In this document: positions 17,036 through 27,752 of the stretch, piece by piece
Layout: every line of letters begins with the position of its first letter
Position numbering within the stretch: the stretch's first letter is position 1
NCBI GenBank assembly: GCA_001779595.1
Contig: MFKO01000008.1
Coordinates: forward strand, 86,869 to 150,868
Origin: Candidatus Kaiserbacteria bacterium RIFCSPHIGHO2_01_FULL_46_22
Lineage (GTDB): Bacteria > Patescibacteriota > Minisyncoccia > Phycocordibacterales > UBA918
DNA length: 64,000 nucleotides
Direction of reading: 5' to 3'
Notes under the pieces: generated by a model
Database searches by the model: none
What the model was told of the DNA's origin: nothing
Seen by the model: only the letters and a program-made list of their open reading frames with translations
Position numbers and translations under genes: made by a program

Positions 17036-18193
17036 ATGCCACCAGGTGTTAATATTTCTCATATGATACATACGCAACAAAGAATCTGGACCGAGGCTGA
17101 TGGTTGGTCTGAGCCACAAGGCAATTTGCCAGGACAGCCTCAGCTGGTCTTTGTATTTGGTGATCGAGAATTTGTAGAACGCGAATCGTTGTTTGATCAA
17201 GTTCGCCAATTTTACAAAGACTCTTATATTTTCACCGCTTCTACCGCTGGCAACATCACCGGTAATGAAGTACTCGATAAAGCAGTGACCATATCGGCAC
17301 TATATTTTGAAAAAACTAAAATCTGGTTTGCAGAAACAAATATCGAAAACGAATTTGATAGTTTGAATGTTGGAAAGAAATTGGCAGATTTTTTACCACA
17401 AGAAGATTTGGTGCACTCATTAATTTTAAGTGACGGCATATTCGTTAACGGCACCGAGTTGGCCAAAAGTGTAAACGAACATTTGCCACAAAATGTAACC
17501 GTAACTGGCGGACTAGCGGGCGACGGTACAGCGTTTGGCAAGACAGTGATCGGGGTCAATAATTTGCCACAATCTAGGCGAGTAGCTTTGATAGGTTTTT
17601 ACGGCAAAGAACTTAAAATTAATTACGCTACCGGCAGTGGGTGGACAGCAACTGACAACGTGTTCACCATTACACGTTCTAAAGGAAACGTTTTGTATGA
17701 ACTAAACGGGGAGCCAGCTTTAGATGTTTACAAAAAATTGCTTGGCGACCAAGCGGCTAACCTGCCAGGATCGGCGCTACTTTTTCCGCTTGAGTTACAG
17801 CTACCTGAAGAGGGAGTTGTGACACGCACTATTTTAGGTGTCGACGAAAAACAGAAAAGTATGACTTTCGCTGGTGACATGCCTCAGGGTCTTGTGGCAC
17901 GAATGATGAAGACGACTGCTGGTGACTTGATAGCGCAGGCACACGAGGCCGGCAAAAAGGCTGCCGGTGGTGGTCATGTTGATTTTGCTTTACTTGTCAG
18001 TTGCGTCGGTAGAAAACTGGTATTAAAAGAACGCACTGCAGAAGAGGTACTGGCGGTACGGCAAGCTATCGGTTTAGAAACGCCGGTATTTGGATTCTAT
18101 TCTTACGGCGAACTTTGTCCTGGACAAAACTCTGGCAAACACTGCCTGCTTCATAATCAAACTATGACAGTGACGACTTTCTCTGAAACTTAA
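17036..18193 (+). CDS. FIST-domain (FIST_N/FIST_C) sensory protein
   Basis: The segments ILSDGIFVNGTELAKS...TGGLAGDG and later VSCVGR are characteristic of FIST domains. Confidence 0.65.
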   Translation: MPPGVNISHMIHTQQRIWTEADGWSEPQGNLPGQPQLVFVFGDREFVERESLFDQVRQFYKDSYIFTASTAGNITGNEVLDKAVTISALYFEKTKIWFAETNIENEFDSLNVGKKLADFLPQEDLVHSLILSDGIFVNGTELAKSVNEHLPQNVTVTGGLAGDGTAFGKTVIGVNNLPQSRRVALIGFYGKELKINYATGSGWTATDNVFTITRSKGNVLYELNGEPALDVYKKLLGDQAANLPGSALLFPLELQLPEEGVVTRTILGVDEKQKSMTFAGDMPQGLVARMMKTTAGDLIAQAHEAGKKAAGGGHVDFALLVSCVGRKLVLKERTAEEVLAVRQAIGLETPVFGFYSYGELCPGQNSGKHCLLHNQTMTVTTFSET

Positions 18194-18394
18194 ATCTACT
18201 AAACAATAAAAACCGCCGCACTCCACAAGAGTGCGGCGGTTTTGTTATGAGCAGTCGATAAAGTTCTGCACCCAAAATGAATTATGTTCGAACCCGTTTT
18301 AAGATGCTGAGCGAGGCGAACGAGGAAAATGTGCCGAGCCGTATATGGACATACGGTGAGGCTCATTTTGCCGAAGTTCAACAATGCTCAGTGC

Positions 18395-19495
18395 TTAAAA
18401 CGGGTTCGAGGAGCCGCGGACTTCGAAGTGGAGGTGCGATCCTGTAGATTTTCCACTATTACCAACTGCACCAATAGTTTGGCCAGCTTCTACAGTCGCT
18501 CCAACACTAACCGAGTTGGTCGACATATGAGCATAGAGAGTCTGTACTCCATTAGCGTGTTTCACAACAACATAATTTCCATAACCACCATTCCAACCGC
18601 CACTCTTCGAAACAATAACCTCACCCGCAGCAGCAGAGCGGATCGCGGTACCATTTTGAATCGCTAGGTCCACTGCGTTGTATCCATGAATACCCTGGGT
18701 GCGGACCGCTCCTGGTACCGGGTGTACAAATCCACCACTGCCAGTCGCTGACCCACCACTGGCGGTCTTGGTTGGGGAACTGGTTTTTTTCTGCGGTGTA
18801 GTTGGCGCTGTATGCATCACTCCGCCAGGCACAACTACCGTATCGCCAACATTTATATCAGCCGCTGAAGCAAGTCGGTTATAAGCAAGGATGTCGCTGA
18901 TCATTGCCTCGGTTTGCTCGTCGTTTTCTGCGCCGTATTTCTTGGCAATCGAAGCCAAGGTCTCTTTATCTTTTACAATGTGTCGAATTCCAGTAATAGG
19001 CAAGATGACGAGCTGGTCACCCGGACGAATTAACTTGGGGTCCTTAATATCGTTGGCCCACAATATCGTGTTTATGGAAACGCCGTACATATCAGCAATA
19101 TGTGACAGCGTTTCGCAACGCTCAGGCGTACATTCACGCACAATATGCACACTGATCTCTCCAGACGAACTGACCGCAGAGACATCTGTGTTAAAAGGTC
19201 CTCCCGAAAGTAGCGCGCCCTCCTCGTAAATAATGTCGCCACCACCCTGATTGGTTTTACCGTCCGGACTAACTCGTGCAGAAAGCAACTTCACATCACT
19301 AGCTCCAGTATTAGTAATCTGTCGTTCGTAAACTATCGCCTCGCTATTTAAAAATCCAGCAACCGTTCCGAATACGCTGGCATACGCAAAGAGGGGCAAA
19401 AAAACAATTAGAAACAATGCGACTGCTTCGGCCAAAGAGACGCCGCGGTTGCGAAAAGCAAGAACTTTATCTGTCACCCGTCGCAGTCGGTTCAT
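18395..19495 (-). CDS. LysM-domain M23 family metallopeptidase
   Basis: Two LysM repeats (YGVSINTILWANDI..., LASIAKKYG) precede a C-terminal M23 region YGNYVVVKHANGVQTLYAHMS...GNSGKSTGSHLHFEV. The track start is a TTG, and the ATG at 19495 is likely. Confidence 0.85.
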   Translation of the reverse strand: MNRLRRVTDKVLAFRNRGVSLAEAVALFLIVFLPLFAYASVFGTVAGFLNSEAIVYERQITNTGASDVKLLSARVSPDGKTNQGGGDIIYEEGALLSGGPFNTDVSAVSSSGEISVHIVRECTPERCETLSHIADMYGVSINTILWANDIKDPKLIRPGDQLVILPITGIRHIVKDKETLASIAKKYGAENDEQTEAMISDILAYNRLASAADINVGDTVVVPGGVMHTAPTTPQKKTSSPTKTASGGSATGSGGFVHPVPGAVRTQGIHGYNAVDLAIQNGTAIRSAAAGEVIVSKSGGWNGGYGNYVVVKHANGVQTLYAHMSTNSVSVGATVEAGQTIGAVGNSGKSTGSHLHFEVRGSSNPF

Positions 19496-19692
19496 TCGAC
19501 TCTGATCATCGGGATCGTTTTCTGAATTTATCGTCACAAGTTTGGTGGACTCACCGCCTACTCTATCGGTACGGTAATCGCTGCAAACCAATATGATACC
19601 GGAGTGAAAAGTGATAGCAATTGACGTATTGCACTTTTTACACCGTTGCTAAAAAACGCTATAAAAGCCAGCCTTTACTTGGTATTTTAGGT

Positions 19693-19721
19693 ATTGACAA
19701 CTCCTCAATTAAAATTTTTAA
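19693..19721 (+). promoter_or_regulatory. Sigma70-like promoter candidate, ttgaca-N17-tttaat, upstream of pcrA
   Basis: The -35 element coincides with the track's TTG pseudo-start. The real ATG lies downstream at 19757. Confidence 0.3.
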
Positions 19722-19756
19722 TTTTTCATCTTGATCTCATATATAATGAACGCCTG

Positions 19757-21733
19757 ATGAAACACCTAGAAGTATTAAATGAAAAGCAGCGCGAAGCGGC
19801 CGTTACTACCGAAGGTCCTCTCTTGGTGTTGGCCGGGGCAGGGAGCGGAAAGACGAAAACTGTTACCCATCGAATAGTGCACCTCATCCACCTAGGTATT
19901 GCCCCCGAACAAATTTTGGCCGTTACCTTTACCAATAAGGCGGCCAAGGAAATGCGAGAACGCGCTGTCGCACTGATAAAACGTTTTGCAAGACCGGACC
20001 AAATGTCGAGTGGCGGCCAACCATTAGTAACGACCTTTCACTCTTTTGGTGTACGCACGTTGCGCGAATTTCACGAGGCAGTCGGACTGCCGCGCCATTT
20101 CACGATCTATGATCGTTCAGATAGTGGGCGAGCCATTAAGAAAGCGATCGAAGAGTCTGGTTACAATCCAAAAGAGTTTGAGCCGCGGCGTATGCTTTCC
20201 ATCATTTCACGCGCTAAAGGTGACGCGTTGTCGCGAGACGATTTTATGTCTGATGCCGCTAGTTACCCCGATCGCGTGGCTGGGGAAGTTTGGGAAAAAT
20301 ACGACAAACAACTAAAAGACGAGCGCGCTCTCGACTTCGATGATTTGCTTTTGAAAACTTTACGAATGCTGGAATCCAGACCGGAGATACGCCAAAAATT
20401 GCAGGAACGTTTTCGCTACATTCATATTGATGAATACCAAGACACTAACAAGGTGCAGTACGAAATAGCCCGACTATTAGCAGGGGAGCGGCAGAACATT
20501 TGTGTGGTTGGGGACATCGATCAATCTATATATTCCTGGCGCGGTGCGGACATCAAAAATGTCTTGCAGTTTGAACGTCATTTTAAAAATGCCAAAACAG
20601 TTTTGTTGGAAGAAAATTATCGATCAACAAAAACTATAATTGATGCGTCGAACAAAGTGATCGTCAAAAACCGCAACCGAGTTCCAAAAACTGTTTTCAC
20701 TAATAATGATACCGGGGAGAAAATTACTATGTTTGCCGGATTTTCTGGCGCGCACGAGGCTGAATACATCGCTCGTACTGCCAAGAACACAATTGACGCA
20801 GGCGCTTCTCCTTCGGATATCGCGGTATTGTTTCGCACTAACTTCCAGTCACGTGCGCTCGAAGAAGCGTTCCTCAACCTGGATGTGCCTTACCAGGTGT
20901 TAGGCGTAAAATTCTTTGAACGAAAAGAAGTTAAAGATGTCCTGTCTTATCTTAGACTCGCGTTAAATCCTGGTTGTACTGCGGACTTAGTACGGGTAAT
21001 CAATACCCCGGCACGCGGTATTGGAAAAGTCACTGTGCTAAAAATAATCGAAGGTAAGCGAAACGAACTTCAAGGTGCAACGGCTGGCAAGATTGAGGCC
21101 TTCGAACAGATGATGATGGATATCGCTGACGAAGCTCGCACCAAGAAATTATCTGACACATTGAAATTCATCATTGCGCGAACTGGTATTGAGATGACTT
21201 TCAAAAAAGGCGGCACTGAAGAAGATTTAGAGAGACTAGAAAACCTGCGCGAACTGGTTTCGCTTGCCACCAGATATGACGACCGCGCGTCGGAAGAAGC
21301 AGTGGAGGCGTTACTAGAAGACGCAGCTTTGCAAAGTGATCAAGATGAAATCAAAGACAAGGAGGAAAAGGATGCGGTGCGTCTAATGACCGTGCACGCA
21401 GCAAAAGGACTAGAGTTCCCATACGTTTTTATCACGGGACTTGAAGAAGGACTTTTCCCACACGAACGACTAGATCAAAAGGGAGTTGACCAAGAAGAAG
21501 AGCGACGACTCTTTTATGTAGCACTCACCAGAGCGGGCAAAAAAATCTGGCTAACCTACGCACACTCTCGTGTAATCTTTGGTTCCTCACGCGTTAATAT
21601 TCCTTCCTCATTTCTGGCTGACATAGACGCCGACCTAATCGATATGGAAGGAGGCCTGACAGAAGGTTCTGGTAAACGGCGAGGTTTATTGGATGATTGG
21701 GATGATAGTTTTGAAAACGTAATAGAAATTTAA
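19757..21733 (+). CDS. pcrA: ATP-dependent DNA helicase, UvrD/PcrA family
   Basis: The Walker A segment LLVLAGAGSGKTKTVTHRIV, the motifs DEYQDTN and VGDIDQSIY, and the C-terminal VHAAKGLEF are present. Confidence 0.9.
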   Translation: MKHLEVLNEKQREAAVTTEGPLLVLAGAGSGKTKTVTHRIVHLIHLGIAPEQILAVTFTNKAAKEMRERAVALIKRFARPDQMSSGGQPLVTTFHSFGVRTLREFHEAVGLPRHFTIYDRSDSGRAIKKAIEESGYNPKEFEPRRMLSIISRAKGDALSRDDFMSDAASYPDRVAGEVWEKYDKQLKDERALDFDDLLLKTLRMLESRPEIRQKLQERFRYIHIDEYQDTNKVQYEIARLLAGERQNICVVGDIDQSIYSWRGADIKNVLQFERHFKNAKTVLLEENYRSTKTIIDASNKVIVKNRNRVPKTVFTNNDTGEKITMFAGFSGAHEAEYIARTAKNTIDAGASPSDIAVLFRTNFQSRALEEAFLNLDVPYQVLGVKFFERKEVKDVLSYLRLALNPGCTADLVRVINTPARGIGKVTVLKIIEGKRNELQGATAGKIEAFEQMMMDIADEARTKKLSDTLKFIIARTGIEMTFKKGGTEEDLERLENLRELVSLATRYDDRASEEAVEALLEDAALQSDQDEIKDKEEKDAVRLMTVHAAKGLEFPYVFITGLEEGLFPHERLDQKGVDQEEERRLFYVALTRAGKKIWLTYAHSRVIFGSSRVNIPSSFLADIDADLIDMEGGLTEGSGKRRGLLDDWDDSFENVIEI

Positions 21734-21738
21734 CACCT

Positions 21739-22563
21739 ATGGTAGTGAAAAAATTTCAAACCAAAAAATCGCTAGGGCAGCACTTTTTGAACAATCCAAC
21801 TGTTCCACGCTGGCTTTGTGACGCCGCAGAAATTAAAATCAAAGATGTTGTATTAGAAATCGGACCTGGCACGGGCGCCCTGACACGAGAGCTTTTGTCA
21901 CGTGGCGCAAAAGTGGTCGCCCTCGAGGCGGACCCGCGAGCAGTCACAGTATTGGAGGAGGAATTTGCATCAGAATTAGAGACCGGCCAGTTTCGCCTCC
22001 ACCACGTTGACGTTCGACGGTTCGATCCAACTACACTCGACCTCAAAGATCACCACTTTAAGGTAGTGGCGAACATTCCTTACTATTTGACTGGGCAATT
22101 ATTTCGCATTTTCTTGTCCGGCAAGACGCAGCCTTCATCGCTAGTCTTTCTGGTACAGAAAGAAGTGGGGAAACGGGCCACTGATGGCTGTGAAAAAGGC
22201 GGTAAAGAATCTCTCCTCTCTCTCTCAATTAAGGTGTTCGGCGATCCTTCCTATATAAAGACAGTTGGAAAAGGGCACTTCTCTCCACCACCTAAGGTGG
22301 ACTCAGCTATCGTTAAGGTGTCGAACATAAGTAGGGATAAGTTAAAGGACCTATCCTTGGAATTATTTTTTGAACTACTGCATTATGGTTTTGGCTCAAA
22401 ACGCAAACAACTAATTGGCAACCTGGCTAAGTATTATCCCCGCCAGACTCTTTTGGAATGTTTTTCAAAAGTTGAAATAGACCCGGCTGCTCGTGCGGAA
22501 GACATTCCTTTGGAGACTTGGGTAAAACTTGGACAATATCTCAAAAATGCTGAGCGGAGCTAA
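21739..22563 (+). CDS. rsmA: 16S rRNA (adenine1518/1519-N6)-dimethyltransferase RsmA/KsgA
   Basis: The segment KKSLGQHFLNNPTVPRWLCDAAEIKIKDVVLEIGPGTGALTRELL matches the family. Confidence 0.9.
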   Translation: MVVKKFQTKKSLGQHFLNNPTVPRWLCDAAEIKIKDVVLEIGPGTGALTRELLSRGAKVVALEADPRAVTVLEEEFASELETGQFRLHHVDVRRFDPTTLDLKDHHFKVVANIPYYLTGQLFRIFLSGKTQPSSLVFLVQKEVGKRATDGCEKGGKESLLSLSIKVFGDPSYIKTVGKGHFSPPPKVDSAIVKVSNISRDKLKDLSLELFFELLHYGFGSKRKQLIGNLAKYYPRQTLLECFSKVEIDPAARAEDIPLETWVKLGQYLKNAERS

Positions 22564-22642
22564 TAATTAGGCGCGGCTAATTTTGGTTAATAACCAGTCA
22601 GAAGGTGACGTCTTGACTGGTATAATTACTCTATATATAGGA

Positions 22643-23491
22643 ATGAGGTTAGATTTTCGTACGATTTTGGCGTTTATTTTTGGCGGTGTTTTGCTCACTG
22701 GTGCTTTCTTATTGAAGCCCGACCGAACCAATCTGCACAAAGAGGGAACGAATGACGAATCTGCCGCTACGCGCAACTTCATTCCAGTTAAAGATAGCGA
22801 CAATAACGGTATTCCAGATTGGCAGGAACCGTTCGCCGTGAACACAATCAACCTGGATGATTTAGGTATGACAAGCGGTGTTAGTACGACAACTGTGACC
22901 GGGCAATTAGTTTCATCACTAGCGGATTATTTAGCAGGCGGAGACAATGATCCAAACTCAGTTCTTTCCTTAATCGGAAGTGAGTTAATGACAAGCGCCG
23001 TCGACTCACAATACGACGACACTGACATAAATATCAGTGAGGACAATAGCCCTGCTGCTTTGCGTAATTACGGCAATCAAGTAGCTTTGATCGCTAACGG
23101 TTATCCATTGCCCGCCGACACCAAAAACGAAATGGTCATACTAAATGATGCATTCTTACACGACGATCCTGAAGCTCTAGAATCTCTTGACCCCATCATC
23201 GCTTCTTACGAAGGGATGCGCGACGATATGTTAGAGCTCAGCGTACCGTCATCTCTCAAACGAGAACACCTGTCACTCGCAAATGTGTACAACGCTTTAG
23301 CCATCGACATCCAGGGTTTTCGTTATGTCTTCGAAGATGCCATTACGTCCACTCTTCGTTTCCGTCGTTATCCAGCAGATCGATCCGCCTTGCAGGCCGC
23401 AATCTCCAACCTATATCTGAAATTGCACCAAAGCGGGATACAATGGAGTGACGAAGACCCAGCCTCTAGTTTTGTGGAGGTAAGATTGTGA
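22643..23491 (+). CDS. Hypothetical membrane-anchored protein, first gene of the T4SS-like operon
   Basis: It has an N-terminal TM segment (ILAFIFGGVLLTGAFLL). The track start 22583 is a TTG, and the ATG at 22643 was used. Confidence 0.45.
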   Translation: MRLDFRTILAFIFGGVLLTGAFLLKPDRTNLHKEGTNDESAATRNFIPVKDSDNNGIPDWQEPFAVNTINLDDLGMTSGVSTTTVTGQLVSSLADYLAGGDNDPNSVLSLIGSELMTSAVDSQYDDTDINISEDNSPAALRNYGNQVALIANGYPLPADTKNEMVILNDAFLHDDPEALESLDPIIASYEGMRDDMLELSVPSSLKREHLSLANVYNALAIDIQGFRYVFEDAITSTLRFRRYPADRSALQAAISNLYLKLHQSGIQWSDEDPASSFVEVRL

Positions 23492-23492
23492 T

Positions 23493-25073
23493 ATGTCTAC
23501 TTACAAATTCTTATTCATAATATTGGCGACAGTCGCGTTGGCTGGAACCACTAACCTAGTAGCCAAAGCACAGCTAGTAGATCCCATCACGCCTCCTAGT
23601 GATGACGGACTTTTAGGTACTCCTAATGATACGGATGGCGAGCCGGTACGAGTAGTGGACGACATCTCCCAAACCTCAGTTACTTCTGTGATCAGGCTTA
23701 CTCTGATATCAGAGAACTCTACCAAAATTCTCGAAGGTATTGAGGCATTGGTTGAAAAAGAAAAAACTCTTGACCCCTCTGCTTGGGCAGCCAGCAAAGA
23801 ATTGCAGCAGCAATTTACGAGCGAGATGTTGAAGTGGCTTGGCGGGCAAGGAGAAGGGCAGGAGGGCAAAGTACCTTTTGTTCAAAACTATGGTGGACGC
23901 GGTCAGGAAGGTCTTGATAAAGTTGCTGGCTCTTATCTGTTTGATAACAAAGCTGGAGATTCCAGTGGACAATGTAATGTGGAGTCATCGCACAAAGTGC
24001 GAACAGCGGTATACAACGCTTACTTAAAAGCACGCCAAGATGCGACCCAGGGTGGGGCACTAGCTTGCCAGACTGAAGAGTCCAGCGAACAAGACCAAAA
24101 CCACACCAGCTTGTTGCACAAGTTATTGGGTGATTTTGCTAGTTGCAAGGATGAATTGTGCCAGGCATTCGATGGTCAGCGTGAATTGTATTCACGAGCC
24201 GCTGTGGCGGAAGCAGATGATAGGGAGGCGATACGAAATGCCAACGGTTTTATTCCACAACGCGTTTGTAAAGACGCTAGCGATACCAACGGTCAAACAC
24301 GTCAAGTTTGCGACATTGTTAGTCCGCCTTCACTGGCGGCCGACGCGGCCTCTTTTGGTCTAGTCCAACTTCCTGGCCTAAGCTTGCTCAATGTCGACGA
24401 GTTTGACGAGGTGGTTTCCAACACAATGTCCAACCTGACCAATCAACTAATCAATGGACAAAACGGTGCACTTGGACTCACTGGCAATCCAGACTACGGA
24501 CAAAATACTTTCGGGGAAAATGGAAATCTTTCCTATGCTGACGCGTTAGCCGAGGAGGATGTCTCAAACTACCAAACTAGTGGTGGCGGTGGTAACAATC
24601 CAATTGATAACAAGATTCGGGTAGAACAAAGATTCCAATCACTAATGGAACAAATAGTGAACACCATCGAAAGACTGGAGACGAAATTGGAAGACAACCG
24701 TCAAGAATTTGGCAGATGCTTTGACTTGGAGTTGCCTAATAGATTGTCTAGCACCAAGCGCGACGCAGTCAATAACTTAGAAGCTACTGTCAGCATCATT
24801 GAAGTATTGAACAATCTCAATCAACAGTACCAAGACGCCACAAGCAGTGGTGCACGAAACGACGTGTTGCGGGCTTTTATGCAGCTCAAAAATCAAGGCG
24901 TATTCCACACCAACCAGGAAAATCGCGAACTTGAACTAACCTTCATTAACTTGACCTTCAAACAATGGGTCGAGCGTTTCAAATACGACACCTCCCTAGA
25001 AAGAAGAAGGTGTGGTGGCGATTTTGATTACGAGGAAGACGAAACCGACGTTGAAGTTGAGATTGAACTATGA
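23493..25073 (+). CDS. Hypothetical secreted protein with a signal peptide
   Basis: The N-terminus MSTYKFLFIILATVALAGTTNLVAKAQ is a signal peptide. Its stop overlaps the next gene's start (ATGA). Confidence 0.55.
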   Translation: MSTYKFLFIILATVALAGTTNLVAKAQLVDPITPPSDDGLLGTPNDTDGEPVRVVDDISQTSVTSVIRLTLISENSTKILEGIEALVEKEKTLDPSAWAASKELQQQFTSEMLKWLGGQGEGQEGKVPFVQNYGGRGQEGLDKVAGSYLFDNKAGDSSGQCNVESSHKVRTAVYNAYLKARQDATQGGALACQTEESSEQDQNHTSLLHKLLGDFASCKDELCQAFDGQRELYSRAAVAEADDREAIRNANGFIPQRVCKDASDTNGQTRQVCDIVSPPSLAADAASFGLVQLPGLSLLNVDEFDEVVSNTMSNLTNQLINGQNGALGLTGNPDYGQNTFGENGNLSYADALAEEDVSNYQTSGGGGNNPIDNKIRVEQRFQSLMEQIVNTIERLETKLEDNRQEFGRCFDLELPNRLSSTKRDAVNNLEATVSIIEVLNNLNQQYQDATSSGARNDVLRAFMQLKNQGVFHTNQENRELELTFINLTFKQWVERFKYDTSLERRRCGGDFDYEEDETDVEVEIEL

Positions 25074-27250
25074 TGAAGCTACTGCAAACATTTCTGTTTA
25101 CTACTACCTTTGCGGTTTTACTCGCGGGAGCTCTGGTGTTAGAAGTACCCAGCGCGCAAGCACAAGGTACTGATCCGGCTCCTACGCAACAAAGTAACCA
25201 ACAACTGGACGAGTCGGGGCAACGGGTGAATATTCCAGAGAAACTACAATTCGGTACCATAGCCGGCTGGGTATACGACGCTCTTAAAACCATAGGTGGT
25301 CTATTTGCTTACCTTGGTGGTAGCTTGCTCGACATTAGCCTTTCCTTGTTCGTGATGGATATGCCGGGTACAGCTGAATCTTGGGGGATTAAGACCGTTA
25401 TCGACGAGATTTGGAAAATGGTCAGAGACATGTTCAACCTTCTGTTCATTTTTGGCATTATTTTTGTTGGCTTCAAACTAATCCTAGGCACCGACGAGAC
25501 CGGGGCAAAACGCACACTTGGTACCATCATCATCGCCGCCCTTTTAATAAACTTCAGCTTATACGCCACCAAGGTAGTGGTAGATTTTGGGAACATAGTA
25601 GCGACGGAAATGGCCACTTTATTGAAAACTGAATCCCCAGAAAACTCTACCGGCACAAACACAGAGAACGAAATTGGCGGACTCAAGATCACCAATATCT
25701 CAGACAGTTTTGTAACTAAAATCAATCCTGAACAAATTGTAAATAATTCGTTTGCTTTAGAGCGAAGCGCTATAGAAAAAGCCGAGGGTACTATCGCACT
25801 TCAAAATGCCAAAAAAACCGAGCTCGATTTGATGGATGCTTTGATAATGGGTCTGACAACGGCTTTTACTCTAACGCTGGTTGGGTTTGTTTTTGCAGCC
25901 GGCGCGTTTTTAATGTTCACACGTTTTATGTACCTGATCTTTTTGATGATGTTTTCCCCAATAATGTTCCTGGGGTTTGTTCTGCCAAACTTTAAAAAAA
26001 GAAGCAGTGACTGGTGGCATAAACTCTTTACACAAACATTGATTGGTCCAGCTTATCTGTTTATGTTGTACATTGCCTTGAAATCACTCGAAAATATAGG
26101 AGACATTCAGTCTGATAGCACCCTAATCAGTTATGTAATGTTGTGCATCGTTGTATGTGGATTCGCTTGGGCCGCCCTTCTTGTCGCAAATTCAATGGGA
26201 GCAATGGGCGCAGATACAGCAATTAAACTTGGATCGGGTTGGGGTAAATCAATTAGAGGGGGAGTTACAGGATTTGCTGGACGAAACACTATTGGTCGTG
26301 TGGCGGACAACTGGAATCGCAATGCAGAAAAGCGAGGTATTTCCGAGCAGAATGTATTTCGCAGGGTAAGCTCAAACTTGGCTGGATCAAAATTTGGTGG
26401 CTCTGCCTCGAGGACTCAAGTGCGAACTGCACAAGAGAAAGCTGACCAAAAAGGGGCACGTCATACGCAACTAACTAATATAAATACCGCCATCGCAGGA
26501 GCCGGTGTTGGTACTACCGAGGATCAAGTGAGGGCGAGTAATGTAGCTATGGAACGAGCCGTTGTTGGTGCCTCTAACGATCAAATTGTTGAGTTGCTTG
26601 GGGAACACAAAGCGGGAAGTAAGGAATACGAAACTATTGTAAGAAATATGTCCGCCAGTCAGTTTGACGCGGCAATGAAGGCCAAGCCAGAAGAGCTAGA
26701 TGACAGTGCCAAAGACCAGATGGCAAAGAGGCGGGCCGAGTTTGTGAAACAAGCTATAGTGTCTGACGAAAACGCCACCGATGCAGCGGCAGTTAGTGCC
26801 GGCATGACCGCTAACATAAAAAACGCAAGCGACGCACAGCTTAAAGTACTAGGTACTGAAGAGATTGCAAAATATGCAGGAGCTTTAAAACAATCCCAGT
26901 TTGACGACATAATGAAAAGCAAAGACTACACCGAGTCCGAAAAGAAACTTTTCAGAGAAAAACGTGAAGATCAACTACTCACAACATTTGCTCGTGACCC
27001 AGCTTCCGTATTCAAAAATTTGCAGGATAAAGATATCGCTAGTCTACCTAAAACTATTTTGCTAGACGCAGAAGGACGTTCTGTTCCGCACATTACCGGT
27101 GGGGCTTTACGAAAGATTGCCGACGACGATAAACTTAACCAGGAGGATAGAATTAGGCTTTTAGATCTAATAACCGCACCTGGTAACACAACCCACCCAA
27201 CAGCCGCTATGTATTTAAACTCCCCAGCAGGCCAAGAAAGATATGGATAA
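25070..27250 (+). CDS. Polytopic membrane protein, VirB6/TrbL-like, with a long hydrophilic C-terminal tail
   Basis: About 7 TM segments occupy the first ~400 aa, and the last ~330 aa are hydrophilic. It is translationally coupled to its neighbours. Family assignment is by topology only. Confidence 0.4.
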   Translation: MMKLLQTFLFTTTFAVLLAGALVLEVPSAQAQGTDPAPTQQSNQQLDESGQRVNIPEKLQFGTIAGWVYDALKTIGGLFAYLGGSLLDISLSLFVMDMPGTAESWGIKTVIDEIWKMVRDMFNLLFIFGIIFVGFKLILGTDETGAKRTLGTIIIAALLINFSLYATKVVVDFGNIVATEMATLLKTESPENSTGTNTENEIGGLKITNISDSFVTKINPEQIVNNSFALERSAIEKAEGTIALQNAKKTELDLMDALIMGLTTAFTLTLVGFVFAAGAFLMFTRFMYLIFLMMFSPIMFLGFVLPNFKKRSSDWWHKLFTQTLIGPAYLFMLYIALKSLENIGDIQSDSTLISYVMLCIVVCGFAWAALLVANSMGAMGADTAIKLGSGWGKSIRGGVTGFAGRNTIGRVADNWNRNAEKRGISEQNVFRRVSSNLAGSKFGGSASRTQVRTAQEKADQKGARHTQLTNINTAIAGAGVGTTEDQVRASNVAMERAVVGASNDQIVELLGEHKAGSKEYETIVRNMSASQFDAAMKAKPEELDDSAKDQMAKRRAEFVKQAIVSDENATDAAAVSAGMTANIKNASDAQLKVLGTEEIAKYAGALKQSQFDDIMKSKDYTESEKKLFREKREDQLLTTFARDPASVFKNLQDKDIASLPKTILLDAEGRSVPHITGGALRKIADDDKLNQEDRIRLLDLITAPGNTTHPTAAMYLNSPAGQERYG

Positions 27251-27752
27251 CATAAGTAAGCGATCAGAGTTGTATAAAAATGCTCCGGAAAACATCCGGG
27301 ATATATACGCGGGTGAAAAAACCGGTGAACTACTTAGAAGTGCGGCAGATTCGATTGGTATAACTGATAGGGTAATTTACAAAGACTTTGCTTTAACGGT
27401 TGGTGACGTCATCCTTGGCTTATACCGTAAGGAGCAACTCGGTCAGCTTTTGCAGGAACGCCTAAGCTTCACAACAGAGCAAGTGGACAAAGTTTTGATC
27501 ACTTTAAACGATCTTATAAGATCAGTGCCTAACAACGAGAATGCAGAGCTGCCCACTCCTACCGTTTTGGCGCCTTCTACACCGAGCGTAGTAGTGCAAA
27601 CACCTATTACCAAACCTCTTCGCACCTTTGCCGAAGACGCCAGTCTAAGTCGAGCGCATGGCTATGGCGCATTTCGAAGTCCTGAAAATACAGAAGGGGC
27701 AGGGGCCGAGACCATTCACCGCTCCAATCAGGATGATATAATCAAGCAATGA
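27243..27752 (+). CDS. Hypothetical protein (T4SS-like operon)
   Basis: A 169-aa ORF with ATGA overlaps on both sides. Confidence 0.45.
   Translation: MDNISKRSELYKNAPENIRDIYAGEKTGELLRSAADSIGITDRVIYKDFALTVGDVILGLYRKEQLGQLLQERLSFTTEQVDKVLITLNDLIRSVPNNENAELPTPTVLAPSTPSVVVQTPITKPLRTFAEDASLSRAHGYGAFRSPENTEGAGAETIHRSNQDDIIKQ

Noticed and set aside
19694-19756. N-terminal extension of the pcrA ORF starting at 19694
   Set aside because: Its start codon is a TTG that coincides with a ttgaca -35 box. The in-frame ATG at 19757 (MKHLEV…) is the more plausible start. Similar TTG/GTG-extended track starts were trimmed for the sigma factor, mltG, the M23 peptidase, dnaA, dnaN, tyrS, the SpoU methyltransferase and others.
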